The notes under the pieces are model-generated. The model was not told the origin of the DNA. It saw only the letters and a list, made by a program, of their open reading frames with translations, and did not search any database. The position numbers and the translations under genes are program-made. From NCBI GenBank assembly GCA_002269645.1, contig NIVC01000254.1, forward strand, positions 434,001-498,000: DNA of 64,000 nucleotides, read 5' to 3'. This stretch comes from Macrostomum lignano (Eukaryota). Of the stretch, positions 47,301 through 57,377 are shown piece by piece; the first letter of the stretch is position 1; each line of letters begins with the position of its first letter.

Positions 47301-50300
47301 CCACCTTCACCTCCGATTCGGCGACGGCTGTTTCGTTGACGGAGGCGGCGGCTTCTGCTGATTTGCGACTGATTAGAAGGTCGGCTGTTTTGGTGAGGCT
47401 GGCTGTCCAATCCGGCTCCACCAGTACGGTTGAGTTCTGCTCAAGCACCACGGCTGGGCCGGTGATGCACTGCCCGGGTGACAGGCGGTCAAGGCGGTAG
47501 ATGCCCACCTGCGGATTAGGGTTGCCGGGTGTAGCTACCGGTTCGGGTTGCCGGGTGTAGCTACCGGTTAGGGTTGCCGGGTGTAGCTACCGGTTAGGGT
47601 TGCCGGGTGTAGCTATCGGTTGGGGTTGCCGGGTGTAGCTACCGGTTAGGGTTGCCGGGTGTAGCTATCGGTTGGGGTTGCCGGGTGTAGCTACCGGTTA
47701 GGGTTGTCGGGTGTAGCTATCGGTTGGGGTTGCCGGGTGTAGCTACCGGTTAGGGTTGCCGCGTGTAGCTATCGGTTGGGGTTGCCGGGTGTAGCTATCG
47801 GTTAGGGTTGCCGCGTGTAGCTATCGGTTGGGGTTGCCGGGTGTAGCTATCGGTTAGGGTTGCCGCGTGTAGCTACCGGTTGGGGTCGCCGGGTGTAGCT
47901 ACCGGTTAGGGTTGCCGCGTGTAGCTACCGGTTAGGGTTGCCGCGTGTAGCTATCGGTTGGGGTTGCCGGGTGTAGCTATCGGTTAGGGTTGCCGCGTGT
48001 AGCTACCGGTTGGGGTCGCCGGGTGTAGCTACCGGTTAGGGTTGCAGGGTGTAGCTACCGGTTAGGGTTGCCGCGTGTAGCTACCGGTTAGGGTTGCAGG
48101 GTGTAGCTACCGGTTAGGGTTGCAGGGTGTAGCTACCGGTTAGGGTTGCCGCGTGTAGCTACCGGTTGGGGTCGCCGGGTGTAGCTACCGGTTAGGGTTG
48201 CAGGGTGTAGCTACCGGTTAGGGTTGCCGCGTGTAGCTACCGGTTAGGGTTGCAGGGTGTAGCTACCGGTTAGGGTTGCAGGGTGTAGCTACCGGTTAGG
48301 GTTGCCGGATGTAGCTACCGGTTAGGGTTGCAGGGTGTAGCTACTGGTTAGGGTTGCCGGATGTAGCTATCGGTTGGGTTTGCCGGGTGTAGCTACCGGT
48401 TGGGGTCGCCGGGTGCAGCTACCGGTTGGTGTTGCCGGGTGTAGCTACCGTTTTGGGTTGCCGGGTGTTGGTTTCACAGGAACTAACCGTCTGCCAGCCG
48501 ACGCCTTCAAAGTACACCCGACTATGCGCCACCGGTTCCGGCTGCTGCACTTCAACGGCGACCTCGCCGCCAGCGAGCGAGTCTGCAGCGGCTTCCGCAT
48601 CGGCACCAGACGAAGCAACGCCTCGAACGCGAATATCGTCAATTAGAACTCGCCGATCGTCAAGTGTGAAGCCAAACTCGGTGCGATAGCGGTGCACAAA
48701 GACTGACAGGTAGTCTTCGTTCGGTTCGGTGGAGCCGCGGCACATCACGGCGCAGTCGGTGCCGTCGTAACGGAGATGAAGGTAGCGCTCGTAACGGACG
48801 CACGACCTTGGAGGGGTGGAGAGTGGGTAATGTCGAAAATCACAAGCAGCAACGAGACAAAAAGCAGTGCTGTTCATTATGTGCTGACCCCTCCCTGGCT
48901 ACTGTACGCCCTGACTATCTTATATCGTCAGACAGTGTACACAAGGCTCTGTGGCGGGCTCACAGGTTTGACTTTCTATACCAGGCGTTGGAAAACTTTT
49001 TTACCTCAAATGGCCAGATGAGAGTGGAAAGGAGAAGGGATTAAATATGAGAGAAGAGAGAAGAGAGGCGAGAGATGAGATGAGGGGAAAATACAAGATA
49101 AGAAGAGAGAGAAGAGAATGGGGAAAGAAGACGAGAGAGGAGGGAGAGAGGAGAGGGAGAGGGGAGAGGAGAGGGGAGGCGGGAAAGGAGAGAGGAAAAA
49201 GAAGAGGAGAGGAGAGGGGATAAAGAAGAGGAGAGGAGAGGGGATAAGGAGGGGGGAGAGGGGCTAAGAAGAGAGAAGAGGGAGGAGAGGAGAGAGGATG
49301 GGAGAGGAGAGCGGAAAGGGGAGAGGAGAGAGCAGAGAGGAGAGTGGAGAGGAGAGAGAGACGAGATTAGAGAAGGGAAGAGATAAGAGGAGATAAGATT
49401 GACAAGAGAGAAAATAGATAATACGGAAGCAAAAACAGACATGAGACATGGCTAGATTGCTAAATTGCGAAGTTTCAAAGGACCCGAGGGCCGGATGGAG
49501 GGTTCGCCTACCCCAGCTCTACACTATTTTATTCAATAAGCGGCAGAGTTACTTTTTTGACATCAGCGCAAAAGCCGATTAAACTATAATTTTATAGCGC
49601 AATTAACAGGCGATTTGGCAGCTTAACAATATAGAACCAATCCAATCAAGATGGTTCAATCGGTGCAATCTGCAGGTATAAAGTCCTGTCAACTTCTCGG
49701 AGGACCAATAGAAAAAAGCCACTACAGACGAAGTTAATTAAGTACGATTTCAAAGGCGTCAAAATACCATAAAATACTTAATTCACTGCACAGTATATTT
49801 AATGATGATTTTACTAATACTTAAGTCTCTGTACAGTTAGAATTCAAAAATAAAACTTTCTACAAAAAGTACTTCGTATAGTGCTCTTACACCTATCGCT
49901 AACAATAAACAAAAGTTCGATTTATAAAGTACAAAAATTCTCAATTTGATGGCCTAGCTTTTTTAACACTTTGCACTACTTTAATGCAGTGCACATGCAG
50001 TTACTCTACTGGGCATCCTCTGCTGTATATTGATGATCCCGACATGAAAATTTCATCTAAGTTAGGGGGGGGGGGTCACGTGACTCAAACTTGCGCGTTG
50101 CTTTTGTATGCTTCTTTTTACTCGTAGTTTCCACAAGTAGGCGTAATGCGATTCTTAAGGTAATATCTGTAAATTTCACGTGACCCTGAAGACGCTAGAT
50201 ATAGATTTTCGAGTCTTTGTTTTCAAACAACTGTACGATTACGTGACCTTAAAAGCGCTCTCTAAGATAGATGCTCGTGTATACAAATGAGTAGGGTCAC

Positions 50301-53300
50301 GTGACGCATAAAGAGTCGTCGCAAGATATCTTAGCTCTATAATGAGCATTAGGGTCACGTGACCCTGAAAGCGTTGTTTCAAGTTGCCTGCTTTCTAAGA
50401 ATATTTTAGGGTCACGTGACTCTAAAAAGCGTCGTTTCAAGATGTCTGTATTTGAATTAATAGGGTTACGTGACCCTAAAAGCGCCGTCTCAAGGGGTCT
50501 GTTTTCTAATAAGTAGGGTCACGTGACCTTAAAAGCTCCGTTTCAAGATGTCGGTTTTCTAATGAATAGGGTCACGTGACCTTAAAAGCTCCGTTTCAAG
50601 ATGTCGGTTTTCTAATGAATAGGGTCACGTGACCTTAAAAGCTCCGTTTCAAGATTTCGGTTTTCTAATGAATAGGGTTACGTGACCTTAAAAGCTCCGT
50701 TTCAAGATGTCGGTTTTCTAATGAATAGGGTTACGTGACCCTAAAAGCTCCGTTTCAAGATGTCGGTTTTCTAATGAATAGGGTTGCGTGACCTTAAAAG
50801 CTCCGTTTCAAGATGTCTGTTTTCTAATGAATAGGGTTGCGTGACCTTAAAAGCTCCGTTTCAAGATGTCTGTTTTCTAATGAATAGGGTTGCGTGACCT
50901 TAAAAGCTCCGTTTCAAGATGTCTGTTTTCTAATGAATAGGGTTGCGTGACCTTAAAAGCTCCGTTTCAAGATGTCTGTTTTCTAATGAATAGGGTTGCG
51001 TGACCTTAAAAGCTCGGTTTCAAGATGTCGGTTTTCTAATGAATAGGGTTACGTGACCCTAAAAGCTCCGTTTCAAGATGTCGGTTTTCTAATGAATAGG
51101 GTTGCGTGACCCTAAAAGCTCCGTTTCAAGATGTCTGTTTTCTAATGAATAGGGTTGCGTGACCTTAAAAGCTCCGTTTCAAGATGTCTGTTTTCTAATG
51201 AATAGGGTTGCGTGACCTTAAAAGCTCCGTTTCAAGATGTCTGTTTTCTAATGAATAGGGTTGCCTGACCCTAAAAGCTCGGTTTCAATGTCTTTGGTAT
51301 TCACATGAGCAGGATCACTTGGCAATCCTACGATTCGTACACTGTAGAATCGAGTCATTCTTTCAGGAGCGATTTTCTACTCCCGCTCTTTTCGGTTTGA
51401 AACACATTAACTGGAAAATTGGCCATTCCCTCCGTCTGGAAGTTCAGACTCTCCGACGAGCTGCTGCGACTACCTTTGGACTCTCTAGTGGTGGCAAAAA
51501 CTCTGCCAAAAATTCCTTCATCATCATGTTCGTATCCGAGCTCGTCTCCATCGTCGACAACAAAGCCTCTGAGCAGGTCCAGCTGCACCTGCATGTTGGC
51601 ATTGTCGCGCTCGTTACGACTTGCCCGACTGACAAACAGACAGCTACCGTTGCCCAGGCCAAGGGCCCGGCACGTGCTAGTTGCAACGACAACGCGGTTT
51701 GGCACCTCGTTTCGATTGTGCACCCGACCGGACAATGCGTCACCATAGAAACCATCGATGCAGAAGATTACATCCGGGTCGGACTCCAGGCCAAGGCGGG
51801 ATGCGCAGGCCACCAATGCGGTCTTCAATTTCAGGTATGGGAAGTGACTGTTCACATTTCCTTTTAGCAACTGTCACACTCCCTTGATCATCCGTCACAC
51901 TCCCTAAGTATACTGTCACACTCCCTAAATATACTGCCACACTCCGTAAATACACTGTCACTCTCCCTAAATACACTGTCACACTCCGTAAATACACTGT
52001 CACACTCCCTAAATACACTGTCACACTCCCTAAATACACTGTCACACTCCCTAAATACACTGTCACACTCCCTAAATACACTGTCACACTCCCTAAATAC
52101 ACTGTCACACTCCCTAAATATACTGCCACACTCCCTAAATACACTGTCACACTCCATAAATACACTGTCACTCTCCCTAAATACACTGTCACACTCCCTA
52201 AATACACTGTCACTCTCCCTAAATACACTGTCACACTCCATAAATACACTGTTACACTCCCTAAATACACTGTCACACTCCATAAATACACTGTCACTCT
52301 CCCTAAATACACTGTCACACTCCCTAAATCGACTGTCACACTCCTTGAATACACTGTCACACTCCCTAAATACACTGTCACACTCCCTAAATATACTGTC
52401 ATACTCCCTTGATCATCCGTCACACTCCCTAAATACACTGTCAGACTCCCTAAATACACTGTCACACTCCCTAAATACACTGTCACTCTCCTTAAATACA
52501 CAGTCACACTCCCTAAATCGACTGTCACACTCCTTGAATACACTGTCACACTCCCTAAATACACTGTCACACTCCCTAAATATACTGTCATACTCCCTTG
52601 ATCATCCGTCACACTCCCTAAATACACTGTCACACTCCCTAAATATACTGTCATACTCCCTTGATCATCCGTCACACTCCCTAAATACACTGTCACTCCC
52701 TAAATACACTGTCACACTCCCTAAATACACTGTCACTCTCCCTACACAGAACTGCCTGGATTACCTTCAATGGCGAAGACTTCCTAATTCTGAATCGCAT
52801 TTTGAAAGTCCACTTGTCCAGATGATCTTCGCTAAAGACGCTGTCCTCCCTAGCAGACTGTCTGATAGCATAAATCAAGGACTGATAGCCTTGCATTCGA
52901 AACCGGAAGTGCATGTAGTACCAGTTTTCAACTTCTCTACGGGAAGTCTCCTTCGAAGCGACTTTCCTTGAACTGCTTTCACCAGAGTTATTGTTGGCCT
53001 GCTTGTCCAGCCAGTTAAACAATTCCTCTCGTTGGCTGAACAATGCTTCAAAGTTATTATCATTGCCGCCACAAACTTCCGCTTGACAACCAAATGGACT
53101 GAGCATTGGGGGACATCGAATTGACGCTGGAACATGAGTAGGCTGCTCAACAGTAGCTACTATCCCGCTACCGCACGAATTTGAATTTGAATTGGTGCCA
53201 GTTTTGTTAAAATAACGCTGACGACGATTTGAACCAGTTGAAGACGCGTGCGCCAACTTGTCGTCGTTGCCATGGTGATGGTTCTTTTTTAACATGACAA

Positions 53301-55707
53301 AGATTTCTTGTTTTCTAGATGTAGTATTACCTCAACAGCGGGTGTTAATAAAAATAAATTCAAGCTTTGCTTTGGCTAAACGGTTGCTTTTTTGATACGA
53401 GCACTATAAAAATTGCTGTTATATACAAGATTTGTCTATGGTTTAAGTAGAGGTAATAAACCAAAGCCGGCGTATCTTTGTTTGGCTATTATTAGGATCT
53501 TCATTCATGAATAGCTGTGACGACGACTCTTAAACGACGAAAATTCACGCCAAAGGTCGCCAAAAAGTCGTCACAAAAAGTCAATTTTTAAGGCGTTTTA
53601 TTGTCCGACTCTGGGGCCGCAGAGTCGCACCTGAGGCGTGCCTGAGTCGCTGTAGAAGCACCGAGTTGCGTCTGAAGCGCATCTATACATGTAACAACTT
53701 AAGTTAGTAGAAAGTTAAGCGTTAACACAACCAACGACTCGTTTGCAATGTCTCGTTAACGATTCTGGTCACTTACAGTATTGGCACGCTTGCACATGTG
53801 CTCAGGATGCAGCAGAATGGGTAGAATAGTAGAATATTCTCCAGCACGGGATTTAGACAGGTTAACTGTTGAGTTTCTTATTAAACTTTATTTTTCAACT
53901 TTCTAGAGTAAAAACACGGAACATTTATGCTCAACTTACTTATCGAAGCCTTGTTGAGTTAACTTGGCCAAGCACTCTCCCTCCAGATGCTGGAATCGCT
54001 TCTCAATACTGGCCAGGTTGTCTGCGGAATGAACACAACCGTTTGGAATAGAAAATACGCCTAACTGGACAATTTGGAGTAAAGACGGGGACACAGACGG
54101 GACACACAGGACACAGACTGGACACACAGGACACAGACTGGACACACAGGAGACACACAGGACTTACTTGACTTAGCTGCAGGGGGCTCCGCGCGTCCGG
54201 AAACAGAGAGGAGGCGTTGCCGCCCATTTCGCTAACCCCTGGTAGACACACAGGACACAGACAGGACATGAATAACACAGAGTGTGACAATGACACAGAC
54301 CATAGAGAAACAGGACACAGACCATAGAGACACCAGACACACAGAACATAGAGACACATGACACAGACCATGGAGACACATGACAGACCAGAGAGACACA
54401 TGACACAGCTCATAGAGACACATGACACAGACCAGAGAGACACATGACACAGCCCATAGAGACACATGACACAGCCCATAGAGACACATGACACAGACCA
54501 TAGAGAAACAGGACACAGACCATAGAGAAACAGGACACAGACCATAGAGACACAGACCATAGAGACACAGACCATAAAAGACACGGGACACAGACCATAG
54601 AGACACAGGACACAGACCATAGAGACACATAACAGACCATAGAGACACAGACCATAGAGACACAGACCATAAAAGACACGGGACACAGACCATAGAGACA
54701 CAGGACACAGACCATAGAGACACATAACAGACCATAGAGACACAGGACAGAGAACATAGAGACACATGACACAGACCATAGACACACGACACAGACCATA
54801 GAGACACATGACACAGACCATAGAGACACGGGACACAGACCATAGAGACACATGACACAGACCATAGAGACACGGGACACAGACCATAGAGACACATGAC
54901 ACAGACCATAGAGACACATGACACAGACCATAGAGACACGGGACACAGACCATAGAGACATCAAACAGACCATAGACACATCAAACAGACCATAGACACA
55001 GGACACAGACCATAGACACATCACACAGACCATAGACACAGGACACAGACCATAGAGACACGGGACACAGACCATAGACACAGGACAGAAACCATAGAGA
55101 CACCGGACACACAGAACACGGACACAGAAGCAGACGCAAACCGCTCGCCTACCCTGTCGGTACTCCAGGGCGCAAGGCTCCTGAGCTTCGTGCACCACAT
55201 CGGCCAGCGCGAGGCCGAAGGCGCTGAGGATGCCGGAGTACTTGTGCACAAACACCCGAGTCATGCCCAGACTGCGGGCGATTGCACAAGCGTGCTGACC
55301 GCCGGCTCCGCCGAAACAGGCCAGGGCGTGCCTGCGGGTGAGGCAGTGGGATTAGAGTGACAGACAGGTAGCTATGGAGTGACAGACAGGTAGCTATGGA
55401 GTGACAGACAGGTAGCTATGGAGTGACAAACAGTTAACTATGGAGTGACAGATAGGTAATAAAGAGTGACAAATAGATACAGATTGCTAATCAGCAGCAA
55501 GCAAAGCTAAACCAGACCCCAATGTCCCAGACTTACTTAGCCGTATTGTGCCCCTTAGCCTGGGTCAGAGCCCTAATAGGGCGGCACATTGACTCGTTGG
55601 CGACTCGCACGAAGCCTAGGGCGGCCTCCTCAACTGACATGGCAGCCTGGCCGGTCTCTGCTGATAAGAAAGCGTTGATCTCATCTGTCAGCGCTGACAT
55701 TGCCTGT
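43063..55707 (-). CDS. OPLAH: 5-oxoprolinase (ATP-hydrolysing), 3' ten exons; 5' part not in window
   Basis: Exons 55707-55537, 55331-55153, 54021-53940, 48806-48488, 47508-47121, 46789-46302, 45367-44861, 44289-44207, 44116-43956, 43313-43063, all in phase. Motifs [94 protein letters not shown]. Confidence 0.96.
43375..43950. repeat. 18-bp minisatellite (last OPLAH intron)
   Basis: Unit GGGATTAGTGAGGATTTT. Confidence 0.95.
44327..44856. repeat. (AAGT)n then (CAGT)n microsatellite filling an OPLAH intron
   Basis: Direct inspection; runs up to the donor GTGAGT at 44860. Confidence 0.97.
45465..46235. repeat. 23-bp minisatellite (OPLAH intron)
   Basis: Unit TTTATAGATCCCATATCCT(C/T/A)AA. Confidence 0.95.
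46805..47050. repeat. 40-bp minisatellite (OPLAH intron)
   Basis: Unit ATTTGGGATTTAGAGCAATGGGATCTGTGGTTAGTTGGGG. Confidence 0.9.
47516..48470. repeat. 26-bp minisatellite (OPLAH intron)
   Basis: Unit GGGTTGCCGGGTGTAGCTACCGGTTA. Confidence 0.95.
49030..49420. repeat. Purine-rich (GA) low-complexity tract
   Basis: Almost only A/G on plus; lies upstream of the OPLAH acceptor at 48807 on the sense strand. Confidence 0.85.
50070..51285. repeat. 53-bp minisatellite carrying GTCACGTGAC palindromes
   Basis: Unit GTCACGTGACCTTAAAAGCTCCGTTTCAAGATGTCGGTTTTCTAATGAATAGG; the first copies are degenerate and longer. Confidence 0.9.
51355..53295 (-). CDS. Hypothetical 2-exon gene (~348 aa) nested in an OPLAH intron, same strand
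   Basis: Exon 53295-52765 (177 codons, donor AAG|GTAATC) and exon 51870-51355 (acceptor GACAG|TTG) join in phase 0. Both halves are non-repetitive ORFs. No family recognised. Confidence 0.55.
51871..52743. repeat. 21-bp minisatellite occupying the predicted intron of the nested gene
   Basis: Unit CTGTCACACTCCCTAAATACA. Confidence 0.95.
54085..55125. repeat. Variable 16-22-bp minisatellite (OPLAH intron)
   Basis: Core GACACAGACCATAGAGACAC. Confidence 0.9.
55355..55470. repeat. 22-bp short tandem repeat (OPLAH intron)
   Basis: Unit GAGTGACAGACAGGTAGCTATG. Confidence 0.85.
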
Positions 55708-55787
55708 CTGAGATAAGAGATTTTGCAATTTAGGGATCATCAATCAACTGCGACTGCGATTGGCAGAATCTAGATTGAATCATTGAA

Positions 55788-56286
55788 TCTCACTGGATCC
55801 TATCAATCTCACTGGATCCTATCAATCTCACTGGATCCTATCAATCTCACTGGATCCTATCAATCTCACTGGATCCTATCAATCTCACTGGATCCTATCA
55901 ATCTCACTGGATCCTATCAATCTCACTGGATCCTATCAATCTCACTGGATCCTATCAATCAATCAATCAATCTCACCGCATCTTATGAATCAATCTCCCT
56001 GGTTCTTATCAATCAGTCTCAATGAATCTTATCAATCAGTCTCAATGAATCTTATCAATCAGTCTCAATGAATCTTATCAATCAGTCTCAATGAATCTTA
56101 TCAATCAGTCTCAATGAATCTTATCAATCAGTCTCAATGAATCTTATCAATCAGTCTCAATGAATCTTATCAATCAGTCTCACTGGATCTTATCAATCAG
56201 TCTCAATGAATCTTATCAATCAGTCTCAATGAATCTTATCAATCAGTCTCACTGGATCTTATCAATCAGTCTCAATGAATCTTATC
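55788..56286. repeat. 19-bp then 23-bp minisatellites, cut off at the Polinton terminus
   Basis: CTCACTGGATCCTATCAAT array, then ATCAATCAGTCTCAATGAATCTT array ending abruptly at CTTATC|AGTAGT. Confidence 0.9.
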
Positions 56287-56499
56287 AGTAGTAGGAAAGT
56301 GGTACCCTCTACCGCCATCGCACGGGATTGGCCGGGGCACCCGGCCAATGAGGGGAGAGGGCGCCCCGAAGACGCCCACCCCGACGCCAAACCCACCCCG
56401 ACCCCCAAACCCACCCCGACCCCAAACCCACCACCGCCACGCACCCAATCCCGACCCCAAACCCACGCACCCACCCCCGACCCCAAACCAGGCCCCCTC

Positions 56500-56790
56500 C
56501 TGTCCTACACCCCTCCTGTCCTGCACCCCGTGCATCCCATACCAAGACCCCCTCCTGTCCTGCACCCCGTGCATCCCATACCAAGACCCCCTCCTGTCCT
56601 GCACCCCGTGCATCCCATACCAAGACCCCCTCCTGTCCTGCACCCCATGCATCCCATACTAAGACCCCCTCCTGTCCTACACCCCTCCTGTCCTGCACCC
56701 CGTGCATCCCATACCAAGACCCCCTCCTGTCCTGCACCCCATGCATCCCATACCAAGGCCCCCTCCTATCCTACGCCTTGCCCCATCCCA
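56500..56790. repeat. 39-bp tandem repeat in the presumed TIR
   Basis: Unit CCTCCTGTCCTGCACCCCGTGCATCCCATACCAAGACCC. Confidence 0.9.
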
Positions 56791-57377
56791 TGTAGCAAGG
56801 TCCTTCTATCCTGTACCCTAACCAAAACCAATTCCCCCCTCCTAATTCCTAAACCCAAGTCTTATTACCTGTCTCACTTACCGCCTTTAAAGCTAGCCAA
56901 GGCAAAACCCTCATTCCATGCTTTGGTTGTACTGTATCTTGCTGTGGCGGGTACAGCGTGAGGTCGTTAGACCTAGAACGCTACTTCTTGGCGGCCAGAG
57001 GGCCGCAAGAAGGTCCCGCCACCTCCTGTTACGTTGATGGCTGAGACTTTGTTAAGGCCGAGTTCCTGCGAAAGGGCTGCTGTGTGGGGGTTGGATTTGG
57101 GGTTCGGATTAGTTATTTCTATGGAACAGGAGCTGGTTTCTAAATGGCTGAGTGGTCCCCGGAAGGGCTCCTGATTTGCCGAGAGTTCCTGTGAGAGGGC
57201 TGTTGTGTGGGGTTGGATTCGGGGTTCGGATTGGTTATTGCTATGGAGCGGGAGCTGGTGTTACTTACCAACTCTCGTCGTATATAATCTCGCACACAGC
57301 CGGAAGGAAAGCTCACAGTTTTTCGGTCCTAGAGTTTTATTTAAAGACTTTTAAATTTTGCGTTCTAAATTTTAAAC

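Noticed and set aside
51740-52971. TVYLGSV / RECDSVF / SLNTLSH repeat ORFs
   Set aside because: Frames of the 21-bp array. Only the flanking unique ORFs are considered coding.
54003-55264. Cys/Val-rich ORFs resembling keratin-associated proteins
   Set aside because: Intronic minisatellite read-through from real OPLAH exons.
56275-56961. 228-aa Pro-rich ORF at the Polinton end
   Set aside because: Starts outside the inferred terminus and is mostly 39-bp repeat and C-rich low complexity; probably TIR sequence.
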